This document shows positions 36,807 through 50,590 of a DNA stretch of 64,000 bases, one piece after another (within the stretch, counting starts at the first letter, position 1; each line of letters opens with the position of its first letter). Source of the DNA: Gordius albopunctatus (taxonomy: Eukaryota); contig OZ193909.1 in NCBI GenBank assembly GCA_964276515.1, positions 1,612,001-1,676,000 of the forward strand. Direction: 5' to 3'. Under the pieces are notes generated by a model that did not search any database, was not told the DNA's origin, and saw only the letters and a program-made list of their open reading frames with translations. The translations under genes were made by a program, and so were the position numbers.

Positions 36807-39800
36807 ATTTTTTTTTGTTAAAAAGTTTATTTTCAAGAAACAAAGTTACATTAATAAGCGAAATACAAAAATAAAGACATATTGGTTAAATACAAAGATC
36901 TATATCATTCTCTTCTAAATTGGGCCATGAGTCGGCAAAGGATTTAAAGTTGTATCGTGCAACAAGAATCCCTAGTTGTTGCCTGAGTAAAAAAGACGCA
37001 GAAATTTTAGATTTCGGGATGCGTTTTCCGTTTTCTTTAAAAAACCCTATTGCCTGTTTGCCAAAGGAACCGGAGCACGTGGCAACGACAGGGATAAAAA
37101 TATTGGATGCCAAAAGGGCAGAATACTTTGTAGTTTTATGCCCTTCTTCTGTAGCGATAGGGTCGTAATTAAAATGGGAAGGGGCAAAAAGGTCAATACA
37201 AGTAAAATCCCATTTGAGGGATAGGCCATTTTGCCAGGGGACTAGAGAAGAGCCGTCACGGCGCATCCTACCTTCAAGGGAGGATCGGACGGCTCAAGGA
37301 TTGAGATGATTTTGGCCTTTTTATGGGCAGCTTGAATTAATAAATTAGCTTTAGTGTGCCTAACGCATTTATATTTGTTTGCTAGGCAGTGTAGAGGGTG
37401 CCTAGCATATTCGTCTACAACGGTAAGGCAGTTTTGACAGTTGAATTCTCTGCTGTAACTAATCCCCAACCTTAAAGCTATGGAATATGATAGCTCAAAG
37501 TCTTCAAGCAGCATTCCCAAAAGTTTGCTGGGATAGGCTTCAAGCCACTCGTGACCGGAACCGTCAAAAGCAAGGGACCTAAGGTTGTAATGCTGGCTAT
37601 CATCGCTGCTCGATAAGAGGTAATCAACGGAGCGCGATACTAGTCCAGAATCCCAATCCTTTGGTCTCGTACTTTGAGGTTGGATGGTCTCGGGTGTGAC
37701 ATTCAAATTCCAAATCTCCAAGGCTTGAGTTAGCATGGGGTCGGAATCATGTTTTATGAGATTAAAAATTAAGTTTTGGACCGGCTTAAAAGAGGAAATA
37801 AAAGCGGCTAGCGAATATGCTGCCGGGAGGGTGAATTCCTAATCCTCCAGATTTGGTTGGGAAGGATGCTTGAATCCAATTGTTATTATTAAATTTTAAA
37901 TTTAAAGTTTTTTCTAATAACGTTGTTAAAAAGCCTTCGTACGACTTTAAAACGTCTGGGTGTAAAAATGCGCCAGATGAGCGAAAACAATGATTAATCT
38001 TTGAGATGTTAAAATAGTTTTTGATTATGTAAAATGAGTGATGCGCTGGCAAGCATTTTAAAAGTTCCGTTTTAGATTTTAAAATTTCAAGGTTCTTATG
38101 AAGAAAATTTAAGAGAGATTTTTTACCACCAATGGGTGATCCCAAAAGGGATATGTTTTCCTTCTCTAAAACTAAAAAAGGTTTAAAAATTGGAAAGTCA
38201 ATAGTGTTGGGGGCCTGAAAAATTTCACATTGTTTCGACTTTCGAGTTTAATGTAAGATTCAGAGTGGGTTTAAAATTGTTGATAATTTGTATAGCTTTA
38301 CTGATCTCCTCCGGGCAGCCACATAAGGTGGCGTCTTCGAGATAGAGGTGGGCGCGGGCCTAATTTTTTATTCACGGCCCGCCCACTCACGGTGGTATTA
38401 AAAAAATTCACGCCCACTCACGAAAGGCAATATTTTGATTCACGCACGTCACGCCCGAAAATTCACGGTGTTTTTAAATTTTTCAAAATTGGTAATGGTA
38501 ACCTATAATTATACACTTTTTTGAATTTATTCTATTTATTTCTATAATTCCATAACAAAAAATAATTACAATTTATAAATCGAAATTTTTATTTAAAAAA
38601 AGAATAATATCCATGTTTTTTGATTTTAATTGAGTACGCCTTTCCTCCAACAAGCGATTGGCTACAGAGAACAATCTTTCACTAGATGCCGAACTTGCAG
38701 GGGCCGATAAAATTTTACTCGCTAATTTTTTCAAAAAAGGAAACGAATTTTCATGCTTCCAAAACTTCAAAATACTATCATTATTATTTGTCTTTTGAGC
38801 GATGAATCTTTTAAGTTCATCCTCGCAGCTTTCTTCAATAGATGGTGAGGGTTCATCAGTATCATCTAGAAATTCTCTAAATGTTTCATTTAGAATATTA
38901 GGTTTCTTGTGAGTGTAGGACGAATTTTGACAGCTAATAGTTGGTGTTGGCAACTCATTCATATCATATTTTATGACATTTAGCATTTTTATGGTAGTTT
39001 TATATATATCATTTTTTTCTTCTTCTGATAAAAACTTAAGGCTTTTTAAATTGGGATCCAAAATTAAGCCTACTTTATGTAGGGGCTGCATGATGAATCT
39101 TTCTTTTAAAAGACATCCAGTTCTGATTTTTAAGGTTTCTATTATTGTTGTATCCCCTTCAGAGGGTTGACAAAACTTTAATAATTTTTGTCGCCACAGA
39201 TAAACTTCATTTATTGTGGGATGAGAATCGGCACTCAAATTTTCCGAGCATTCTTTAAATATTGATAAAAAAATTCTAACTGCCGTAAGATGGTAATATC
39301 ACGAGATACCAAACATTTAAATCCAGGATACACTGAGATGATATAGCCTCGACTAAATTATGAATGGCTAAACAAAACAAAGGAGGGCCTAATGGGTCTC
39401 CTTGTTGGATGCCTCCGGACGAGTCAATGACGTATTCGCCGAATCGAAGCTTGGTTGTAGAACCATAGCTTAATAAAATGTAATTTAGGAATTACGGGAA
39501 TTCAGCTAAAAAAGTGTTAATAAGGGTTTCTCTTCGAATGCAGTTGAAAGCATTGGCAAAATCTAATTTAACAAAGCAGGACTAGGTGGGAATATTTTGG
39601 AGTGTGATCCGGCCAGCATAGCTGGCTGCCTCACATCCGCCTTTAATTCCGAAGCCGAGTTTATGAGGGCGGAGCTTGGCGGATAAGGAGGGTTTTATGA
39701 GTTTGCAGAGGGTTTTTGATATAATACGGCGAAAAAGACTTCCAATGGCGATGGGTCTAACTGAATTATCCGGTTTTTTGATAGCGATAAGTTTTGCACC

Positions 39801-40570
39801 GAATAAAATAGGGATGATTTCATGAGGAAATTTTCCGTTAACAATGAGATTACAAAAGGAAGTAATAGAATTTAAAAGAGGTTCAGTATTTAAATTATTC
39901 AGGTTGAGTAAATCTTGTAGATATACTGGGCGCCATCCGTCGAGTCCGGCTGCGGAGTCCAAAGGAAAGGAGTTAAGGGCTTCACGGATGTCTGAAGACT
40001 CGAGCACTATTGATGATGGAGATGTGGGGTAATTACTGGCTGAGGATGCTGCTGGGTGTTTTTGATTAAGCTCCCTATAAGAGTCAGGGCAACAAGGGGC
40101 AATTGAGTTGTTATCCTAAAAAGCTCTAAGGGCACTTTTTGGGTTAAAATTATGGATTTTATTTGAAATGTGCTTGGCTGTTTGGTTTATTGTGAGTTCC
40201 AGTGGAAAGGTTTTTGTTTTACTTGTGCATGTAATGGGAACATCAGTATTAAAACACAGAAGGGATTCCTTGATGAGGCTTGATAAATTATGTTCATTAG
40301 GTTCCCTAACATAAAGGATATAATATGGGAATTTAAAAAGTTTCTCCCAATTGGTTAAGTTATAAGGGTTTTTGATAATGGAAGTCATTATATTTAGCAG
40401 AGATTGTTGGATGGAAGGTCTGGCTCCTCTTGGGATTCTAGAGATAGTATTAGGAAATTGGTTTGTTAAAAAAGAATTGCTCCAAGATGAGTCAGGCGGT
40501 TGATTAATTAATGGGGAGCATTGTAAGGATGGGGGGATGAGGGGGCTAGGAATTGGCAATAGGGGATGGT
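36807..40570 (-). mobile_element. CRE-clade non-LTR retrotransposon (RT plus REL), 5'-truncated, split by a hAT fragment
   Basis: SAAGLDGWRP, KLIAIKKPDNSVRPIAIG, DFANAFN, QQGDPLGP, WYL-D, GSPIG, GGLGI, ALRLG, DG..WDFTC. The poly(A) tail reads as poly(T) at 36807-36817. Confidence 0.88.
38343..39300 (-). mobile_element. hAT transposon 3' fragment (dimerisation domain)
   Basis: ORF 38573-39238 with ILDP, ILKFWK...FPFLKKLASKILSAPASSASSERLFS. One terminus TAGAGGTGGGC with CACG subterminal repeats. Confidence 0.85.
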
Positions 40571-43500
40571 GATAGCACGCTAAGAAAGTCTTAATATATA
40601 TAGATCAAAGTTGGAATGTAAACAAAAATGCCGTCGGCGAAGATGTATTACCGTATTTCAATAGGAAAAGTGAATTATGTTCGTATAAGGGTATCATACA
40701 ATGGAACGGTCGAATAGTCATACCAAAGACACTACGTAAATCGTTATTAAATATTTTGCATAGAGGACACCCTGGGATTCACGCAATGAAATCTATTAGT
40801 AGATATTATGTTTACTGTCCAGGTTTGGACGTAGACATTAATAAATTTATTGCGAATTGTGGTAATTCTCAAAGGAACCGCATAAATATTCCTGAAGTTC
40901 AATTATATTCGTGGAACGCAACGAACACGCCTTGGGAAAGATTACATATAGATATAGCAGGACCGATGGACTCCTACTACTGGTTTGTCGGTATTGACTC
41001 TTATTCAAAGTGGATTGAAGTGGAACTCCTTAGGAATACATATTCTAAAATATTGATAAAAAACTAATAGGATGGTTTGCTCGATTTGGTGTTCCACGTC
41101 AAATAGTCAGCGATAATGGACCTCAGTTTACTTCCGTGGAGTTTAGGCAATTCTGCAAGAATTATAATATAGTGCATATTCTGACCTCTCCGTACCATCC
41201 CAAGACGAATGGTTGTGCAGAGAGATGTATTAGAACACTAAAAAGCCGTTACTTGGCCACCAGAGAAGACATCAACGATCCGGAGGAGTGTATGAATGAA
41301 ATTTTATCAACATACAGGATTTGTGAACATAACTCAACAGGTAGGTCGCCATCCAAGATGCTTTTCGGACGGAGGAATTGGACAATGCTTGATTGGTCCC
41401 GACCAAGTCCCCAAACCATTATGGAACACAAAATTAAAAAACAGGCCTTTCACCACGATATGACTACACGTCCACGAAACTTTGAAATAAATGAATTAGT
41501 CTGGATAAAAAATGAATTGGTACCAGGATGTCGGGAAGGAAAAGTACTCGCTAGGAATGGTTACTGTCCTATAGCGTTGAAAGTAACAATAAAGTCGTGC
41601 GCAAACATGCGGACCAATTGAGAAAAAGAGAAAAGGAGGTAGTTGAAGAGAAAAATTCGGCTTGCCCGGTTGTAAATGATGCATCATTTGAAGAGGAGGA
41701 GGTAGTTTATGATCAAGAGATATCAAGACCAGATGATCAAGAGATATCAAGACCAGAACCTGGAGAGTCAATACGGAAAGAACTATTACCGGTAGATATT
41801 AACATACCGGAAGATAAAGATGATGGAAACTTAAGAAGAGGAAATAGACCAAGGAAGCCACCGCGGAGATTAATTGAAGAGATTTAAAGCTGGTTAAACG
41901 GGGAGAGATGTGACGATTGTGTTATGTAACAAAAATGTATGATGTAACAAGCGTGTTTTGTAACGAAATGTAAATTTGTTGTTATGAAATTTCCTGGTTT
42001 CGTAATATCAAAAGGCCTTTAAGTATATAAATTTTTAGACTAAAAATGGTCTATTTTGCATATGATAAATACGACCATAGTACTAAATGGGTGCAATTTA
42101 CAGCTTAAAACCTTATCTTCTTAATCCTATAATAATGCTATTTTTATTGTTGTTTTTACAACGTTTTGATATGTGCATCTAGTTATCAATTCTGTGAATA
42201 ATAATATTATCATTAAAAGTCACTCGCACTTTATCGTTTATAACGCTATAGTAAACATGCAATAAACACTATTGCATATAATTAATGATGATAACAATAG
42301 ACTTAGTCAATTAAGAAGCTTTACCCAGGGTTAAAAAAGGGTCTCAATTTGCTCAATTATGCAACTAAGTCAACTATAAGCTAACGTATTAAATCTATTT
42401 ATAGTTGACAAAAAAGTGAATTTGATACAAATGTTATAATTTGCTAGAACATTCACATTTAATTTTCTATACTTCAAATTTATTTATAGTCTTTTAGTCT
42501 GCACTTTCCATAGAAAATTTTATATTTATGAATTAATTTATATCTTTATATTGTCAATGAGATGTCGTGTCCCGCTAAATCTTTGAAAAGTTTATGTATT
42601 AAAGTTTCTTAAAAAATATAAAAATTTGCCATTTTGATTTTTTAACACTTTTTAATATTTTTAATAAAACAGGAGAAATTTTTATTCAGTATATATTTTT
42701 TAAAAAAGTCGAGACGAGATCGAGATTTTTCTAGAACGAGACGATACGAGATCGAGATTTCCATAATCGCTCCCGAGACGATACGAGATTTTGTTTTCGA
42801 GACCGAGACGAGACGAGATCGAAACACTAGGTAGTGTTCAGTACTATTTGTATATTAAAATCAATACACAGATGTTACAATCAACGAACTTTGTGTTAGG
42901 GCACATAGGGGGTATGAGAATCTACGGATACGATACCTTCCCTTTTTCAAAAAAATTTAGGGCCGTGAGTATCTCCGGATACGACAATATTATATTACTG
43001 TCAACGGAATTTTAACAAATAAACTTTTTAATAAAAAAAAATTAAATTAGCTTTTCCACGCTATGCGGATGTATGGTTTCCGTCCTATACATGTTATTTT
43101 ATATAGGCTTGAAAATGTCATTTGTAAATCGTGAAACGAAATGTGAAACTTGTATGCAATACGTATAGGAATCTACAAATCTAATACCCATGACTTTGCT
43201 CAAATTGATTAACTGACTTTGTTAACTTTTCTAATTAACAAATTTTAAAATTAAACATATATACAATTAGTTATTTATTTTTTACAATAAATGTGCATTA
43301 CGTACTAAAATAGTATGTATGTCATCATGGGCTAAGCGTCGCTTTAAATTCAAGAACAAAAACTTAATATAAGATGTCAAATTTTTATAGAATTGTTGAT
43401 GGATGGAATGTTAATGAATGGAGGAACGCATGAAAGATTATTTTAGAGGTACCATCACTTAACACTTTATTTAGAAGGAGAGGCTACAACTGACAAAATG

Positions 43501-43659
43501 CGATATACATATTCAAATTTCGTGCTCAATACAAAATTAATATAACCTCAAGAGGAATAGCGAAATGTTAATAATACATCAATCGATATATTACACACAC
43601 GTAATCTCACAATCTTTCAACCCTTAGCACTCCCCTCTTTTTCACAAGTAGGATGCTTT

Positions 43660-44402
43660 TAGAGACCTGCACGGACGGCCCGAGACCCAGTTCGGAAAAG
43701 CCAGAGCCCGCGCTTCCGATTCGGGCCGGGCCTAATTCATAAATTATAGGTCCGGCCGGAATAATTTAGAAGTAGCAGCCAAAGTAGTCTATAAAATTTG
43801 CAACAATTAAATAATTACAATTTATTGAATCTGTTAAACATTCATTCATTTCGCGCTTTTCCTATTATACAAACAATTGAGTTGGAACAAAAAAATTTAC
43901 TTCTAATAGCTGAATATATTCAGAAAGAATTTTATTAAGTAAAGAAATTGACATCCAAAGTTAAAGATTAACGAGAAAAAATAGAATTATTGGAATGGTG
44001 GAAAGACCACACTGGTCAATTTCCAGCGCTTAGCTCCCTTGTTTTAAGATTTTTTCAACACCTGCTCATCTGCCTAGAGTGAGAGGTGTTTTTAGTCAGC
44101 GAGCTGCATTTATGAAAAACAGAGAACAAATTTAAACGTGTAAAATTTTTATGCCTGTGTTTTTTTGCATCAAAATAGTTCCATCATCGATTAAAAATTT
44201 TATTATGTGCGTTTATTTTTTATAAAAATTTTTTACCTAAAGTGACTTTGAGTAAATTTCTGCAATTATTAAAATTCCAGGCGCGGGTCGGGCCCTGTTT
44301 ACAAAGAAGCCAAAATTTGGGCCCGGGCCCAGCCTAATTTTTTTCTCCCTTTTTAAATTCAGGGCTCGGGCCGGGGCTAAAAAATGATTTTGCAGGTCTC
44401 TA
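43660..44402 (+). mobile_element. Non-autonomous hAT element
   Basis: Perfect TIR TAGAGACCTGCA / TGCAGGTCTCTA and perfect 8-bp TSD GATGCTTT. Internal remnant LLEWWKDHTGQFPALS. Confidence 0.9.
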
Positions 44403-44638
44403 GATGCTTTCGATAGTCTAGGGCACATCGTATCCACTGAAGGAATCTATGTTCTTGTAGCGAGGATCCAACGTTACTATGAAGTGTCGCTATCGGAGAT
44501 GTTTTAAGATTGGACGCACTAGCGGGACGTGATCTCCACCCGATATTTCGGTTTGACCACCGTTTTCATGTCTGCCATCCTCCAATTCCCCCTTTTTCTT
44601 TTCCTTAATAGATCCAAGTTGCGATGGTGTCTTCTACC

Positions 44639-45842
44639 GAGAGTTGTTAAGGTACACGCACGTCAAGAGCGCGCACCTGATTTGCGATGCGACGTGCTGG
44701 TGCGCGGACTTTTTTATAACGAAGATCGAATGCGGGTGGGCGCACCTGATTAAGTCGGTGCGGGTGCGCAATTGCGCTCCTGTTTTGCGCACATTAAGAA
44801 TTTTACAATTTATTAGTTTATTCGAAATTGTATTATATCGCATATTTCACAAATTAAATTTCTACATATTTACTATATATAACATACATCTATGTTCCAG
44901 GTGGAGAAGATAACAAGGCGGGAAATTGGTTACTATGGATAGGAAATTAAAATAATCTAACCGCGATATTTCACATTATTCAGGTTTTTACTTTATCAAT
45001 CAACGATTAATCTTTACACTTTTGAAGTCGTCGCTTAATAAATAAACTATAGAAAAACACTAAAACAATTGAAATTGAAGTTTAATAAGATTAGAAGATT
45101 AAAAATACAGACAGGTAATTTGATTAAAGAATTAGAATAAAATATTTAAATAATGATAATATATTTAATTCAGCGTTTTTTGGAATATTGTCATCTCCCG
45201 TTACTATCTTAATATTTCAAACACTTTTAAACTTTCTTTGCTATCGTAAGTTAAATCACATTAATTTTGATTAAAATATATTAAATTAGTTAATTAATTT
45301 TAATTATTAATTTGTATTATTGTATTGGTTGTCATAGTACTCCTTATCCAATTTTTTACTCTTTTCTTTTCTCACTGCTTATATATAACACTTTAATATG
45401 ATAGTGATTTATGGAAATAGAAGAATCAAGCATAAGGTGGAATAGTTATTATGAGGCTGTGAATTTATTAAATAAATTGCTTGATACCAAAAAATCAAAT
45501 TTGTATGATCTGTTTGATGAAATAGAGTGAAAGAAGGGGTAACTTTACGGATAATCACCTTGAAATGCTCTTACTCATGAATGTGAATAAAATGCTATGT
45601 TGATTATTTTATTGTATATCGATTATTTTCAATAATTATAATAAAGTCATTAGTTTTTTGCATTAGACAAAATAAAGGTTATGCATTGAACATTACTCTA
45701 TATTTTGTTTTGTTATAGTGCAATCAAATTTTATGTGCGGGTGCGAGTGCGCGCACCTTTAATACTGGTGCGAGTGCGCGCGCCTTTGTTAAAACTGGTG
45801 CGAGTGCGCGCACCGGCTTTTGAAGTGCGTTTAACAACTCTG
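44639..45842. mobile_element. Non-autonomous hAT element with GTGCG subterminal repeats
   Basis: TIR (G)AGAGTTGTTAA / TTAACAACTCTG and perfect 8-bp TSD CTTCTACC (44631-44638, 45843-45850). Confidence 0.88.
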
Positions 45843-45899
45843 CTTCTACCTAAAGAACGCGATCCGTGGGTGGCCTTTATTGTGCCCTTTGGACCCAAA

Positions 45900-48800
45900 A
45901 ACATGCGTGCCCACTCTGTGTCTCCAACGTTAAACCACCGTGTGACTACTTCCATCGCGGAGCTAAGGTTTCTTTTGAAAACTCTGTCCAGGACCATATA
46001 CTTGGTTCACGCTTGACCGATTGCCTTCTTTTTGCTAATGCGGTCATTAAGTTGCAAGTTCTGCAACATTTCGCTAAGGGAACGCGTCGCGCGTGGACTG
46101 ATACCGATTTGCTCCCCCTTTTCATTGGTACCTAAACTTCAATGCCCCCCCCCCCTTTACCGCTTGTAGCGCCAAATTATTTTTGATCGTCGTTTGCCGG
46201 ATAATATTATCCACGACCTCCTTTGTTGTCTCAGGCTCTCGCGCGTTTTGATAATCAACGAGGTTCATGTAGTAGAGCTCTATGGCTATTCTCGAGTTCC
46301 AGCGCACCCGTTCCCATATCTCTTTACCGAACTCTTTTATCCAATTGATACCGAGCAAAGGCGGTCGTTAACATCTGCCACTAACAGTGGCAGGGTTTTC
46401 CGCGTCTGGCCTAGCCGGGTCCTGACCTTTACATCTGCAATTATTTTTATTTCTCTATCACCATGTCCGTAGATGGTCGACGTGGGTTCGACGGTTGGTA
46501 GGGTCTCCCTCGAAAGTTTGCTCGGCACGATCTTAACTGAAGAGTTCCAATAAAAATTGAACCAAATTATTATTAACATAAAAATCGATAGTTAAAATAT
46601 CTTAAGCATAGGTGAACCTGGTCAGGTTATGGCCCGCTCTTGACATATCCACCGCGAACGCTTCTTCCGCTAGCCGGTGCACGGCTCTTAGCCCCTCCTC
46701 GATATCTTCCATTCCTAGCGCTAACTCGATGGCCCTGTCCCATTTTACGTCTCTTTCGGCCATCAATCTGGCTTGAACCGTCGGATTCTGAAACCCCAGA
46801 ATAAATTTTTTCCTCAGCCTGTTGGGTCCCCCTTGTGAAGTCGCAGTCTCTTGATGCAGATTTTAGTCTGCGTCCCATTTGAATTATCGGATCCCCTTCC
46901 ATTTGTCTGATGCTTTCTAGTCGAAATCTTTGAGCCATGGGCATTTTTTTACTTTGAATTCCTGGAATGCCCATTCAGGAGGGTAGTCTGGAATGGCATC
47001 CTCTGCCACCACCTGAAAGGCTTCAGTTGATAGACAAGTTAGCAGCTTGCAAGTCTTTTGGGCACCAGTCGCTGGAATTGTTGGCTTATGACGTGAACTT
47101 CAAACTGCAAAAAAAGAACTCCAACCTCCCAATTTATAGAATTCCATGTAGGTTTAAATCCTACTCACCACGCCAATTTGTTGATTAAGGCAGGAACGAT
47201 TGTTTTAGAGAAACCATCACAATTAACACTCTATTCGGAGGAGGGACTACAACTGACAATAAGCGATAAATGTATTCAAATTAGGTGCTCAACACACAAT
47301 TAATATTGGCTCGTGAGAATAAACGAAATACAAATAATACATCACTCGAAATATTACACACACTTAATCTCGCAATCTTTCAGCCCGCAACAAAAATCTT
47401 GATATATAATTTTGCCAGTGTCCTTTATTTTTTTTAAATTATAAAAATATGGTTAACTTATTAGTCTGCCTAAAAGAAACTGGCTAATTTTAATTTTTTC
47501 GATGTTGCATAATATTTTTGTCAAAAATTTTACAATAAGTAGAAACTTAAATAAATTCGCAAGTTTTGGTTTTATTAACGAAAATTATTGTTGTAAATTT
47601 GTCAGTTCAGTTCGGTTATATAAGATAATAAGCTTAATAAAAATAAAAGGTATGTTAATTAAATAATGGAATTAGATTTATGAAAAGTTCATGATGTTTT
47701 TATCGTTTTACTATAATAATGCACATTCAATTAAAATACCTTTCATGCTTTACATCAATTTAGCAAAATAAAAATAATAAATTTTTATTATTGCTTTTAT
47801 TTTGACTTTTGAAAAATAAAATAGCAAATATGTCAAATTATCGAAAATGTCTTACAAGTAAGGATGAGAATTTCCATATAAATAAATAATTAGTTTTAAT
47901 AATGTTACAGCTTTTAGAGTTCGAAAGAGGTAAATGTAATCAATTTTAGTTTTAAATTTGGAATACAACTATATAATAAACATATAATATATATTTTTTC
48001 AAGTATTATGCTAAGTTTTTTGAATTTTCCTCAATAGCCGAGTTGTGGTGCTATTGTACGAACTGTGAAGAAAATTTGCCATATTGTAAAATCGATGATG
48101 GCTTTTGCTATACTAACCATTATAACAGAAGTGAAATAGAATATGGGTATAACTTCATAAAGCAACTAAAAATTGTTGATTTATAGTTTTAAAGGCTAGC
48201 TAACTTAAAATTTATCGAGGTTACAATTTTATATTAATTTATGTATTAGGAAAATAATGATTTACTACCAAATATCGCCTTTTATTGCCCTTTTTAAAAA
48301 TTTTTCATATGATAGATTACTCATTATGAAATGCTACCTCGGATTTAAATAACTATGAATATTTCTAATTAGATGTATAGGTACTAATGTATCTTACAAC
48401 TTATGTCCAGTGGCGCCTAGTCGTCAATTGGACTATGAGGATCTAGTGTTAGTGCCAAGAATGCAATGCTGTGCTTCGGATTGGTGCAATACAAACCCTA
48501 GCACGATGAGAACTACTCAACTTAATAGTATATAATTCAAATTAATATAAACTTTTTAATGGGCTTAGCGAGGATTGCGATTAGAGGAGGGGCAATAATG
48601 ATTTAGGGAGGGGCGAATTGATCATTTTTTGAAACTTTAGCCATAATCTTAATAAATTTCAACAAATTTTTGAATTTAAAGGGCGCAGCCGCCCTTCCCT
48701 GCCCCCTTGGCTATGCCCATGAACTTTTTTATTTCAGGAATACAAAATATGCTTAAAATGTTTTGCATGCTATTTTAAAGATTTTGTCTTACGCAATTTT

Positions 48801-50590
48801 AATATTGATTTATTAAAGTGTCTTATAAGGTTTGATGTACAAATACTACATAATTGCTTATATGAAAAGTATTAATTACTCGTCTATATATTTCTTAGAT
48901 CTTGATATGATCGCCGAAAAAAACTTAAGTAAGATTTGCACTAAATATATTTAGATAGATCTGATATAAATGATCTTATATTATATACCCTATTTCTGAA
49001 GTATAAAACATTTCTGTTATCAACACAATTCAATGCATGATATCACGATAGAATTAAATTTAGAAAAAATAACAAATTAAGTGTTTATTTCAGAAAGAGT
49101 AGACTAAAATCTTGTAAAATTTAAAATCATATATTCTCTAATTTAACTAAAAGTACAAAAAATGTTTTTTATTTTTACTAAGAGGAGAAGTCATATTTTA
49201 TTAACACAGCACTTCACATTAAAATCATGTACTTAGGAGTCGGTATAACAATTTATAAGACCGAAAATCTAGCAAATAACTTAAGGCTCTTTACTGAAAA
49301 TTGTTTCAAATGCTTTCATTATATTCAAAAACATGTTTTCATACTCATTTTTAATTTTTTATAATTCCATTACTCGCATTAAAAGAATTAGGCCTGAATT
49401 TTTCTCTATTAATCTTAATTTTAAGAAGCCTTTTCATCGAAAACACAAATTTTTTATTAATGAATAAATATTTCGTAATGGCCTCGGACGAGAGCTTTTT
49501 TAGTTATTAGTTACTTGATAACTTCCATTTTTTATAAGTCTCACAGAAAAATTATTAAAGTTTGAATATCAATTTATTAATAACACCGTTCTGCAATGAA
49601 AATCTGACAATTAGTTATGATAAAGAAATTTCCGCTGCGCTGATTAATAATATTTTTGTATTTTTCATAATAGGTCTTAATTTTTAGATAATTAAGGGTA
49701 AAAGTGTAAATATGATCTTTATAGCCTTTTTTGGAACTACTTCACTCCCAATTTATTTTCATTAATAATTATTCAATTCTATAATTCATTGATTAATCTA
49801 AAGGGATATGATATTATTTCTTTTGTTTCACATTTATATTTAATTTATTTTAATCTATCTAAACCTTTTCTCTAATCAATTACCCCGACCATGTATGAGA
49901 AAACGAAGTACATTAGAGTGCATTGTACTTATGCAATGCTTGCCAACATTTCACTCGCCCTCTCCACTTAGTCTCTCCCCTTTCCTTCTCCCTCCCGCCC
50001 CGATATCTAGCCACGCAAACGAGATAAGGGCGGGAGCGAAGGAGATGAGAAAGTAAATGGAAGAACACAGCATAAGTATTATAGTGTGTAATCTAAAATA
50101 CTCCTTTTTTTCACACACGGTTTTGAGGAATAAAAATAAAATAGAAATATAATGGGAAATTAGCTTCAAAAAACGTTAAAAAGGCCATTTTTTACAACTT
50201 AACTTCATATATCTAAAAATCAAGACTTGTCGGGAAAAAACTAAAAAGGTATTATTGCTTAGCGTAATGTACTAAGATTTTTGCAAAAAAATCTAAAAAA
50301 CTTTCAAACTTAGTTTATATACGAGTAGCTGCTCTATTTAGTCTACTTATTATATAAATCTAAGTTCCACTTTACTCTCTCTCCCAAAATGTTAACTGAG
50401 CCACTATTACTAATATATAAACACAAATTAGGATTAGGAATTGATACTTGATAAAGAAATTTGTTCAAATACAAATTAAAAGAGGAGCGGTATTGGGTAT
50501 ATTGTGTGAAATGTGTATCCTCCCCCTTTCAGCACTAAAATTTTTAAAACTATAATATAAATTAGCTGAAATTTTAAAAGTACATTAAAA
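45900..50590 (+). repeat. Segmental duplication, copy 1 (copy 2 at about 59260-64000)
   Basis: Colinear near-identical sequence at an offset of about 13.4 kb, with scattered substitutions and small indels. Confidence 0.95.

Larger units (their letters stand above)
33930..41996 (+). mobile_element. Gypsy (Mag-like) LTR retrotransposon B, interrupted by a CRE element
   Basis: 5' LTR 33930-34066 and PBS TGGCGACGAG. Gag 34080-34934 with RLRDQFVAG and two CCHC. PR YDTGA, RT YLDD and RH to about 36806; IN resumes at about 40575-41620. PPT GGGGGAGAGA precedes a truncated 3' LTR (41909-41996). Confidence 0.92.
25345..42829. mobile_element. Putative old hAT-like host element enclosing the nested TE cluster
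   Basis: Ends TAGTG... and ...CACTA with CGAGA-rich subterminal repeats at both 25360-25410 and 42710-42825. Flanks GGTATGGT / GGTAGTGT match 6/8. No transposase was recognised. Confidence 0.45.
43439..47392 (-). mobile_element. Old Gypsy-like element C (diverged LTRs of about 190 bp, gag-protease remnants), interrupted by two hAT elements
   Basis: Related LTR-like segments at 43439-43629 and 47201-47392, PPT AAAGAGGGGAG at 43630-43640. Gag remnant RKKFILG..VQARL..WDRAIELA and protease remnant IYGHG..LPLLV..LGINW. Confidence 0.65.

Noticed and set aside
42321..42334. GGG|TTAA as the second piggyBac terminus
   Set aside because: The sequence inside does not match the TIR at 31569 beyond CCC, so the pairing is unsupported.
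45705..46016. ORFs with VRVRAP or ARTRT repeats
   Set aside because: These are translations of the GTGCGAGTGCGCGC subterminal repeats of the hAT element at 44639-45842.
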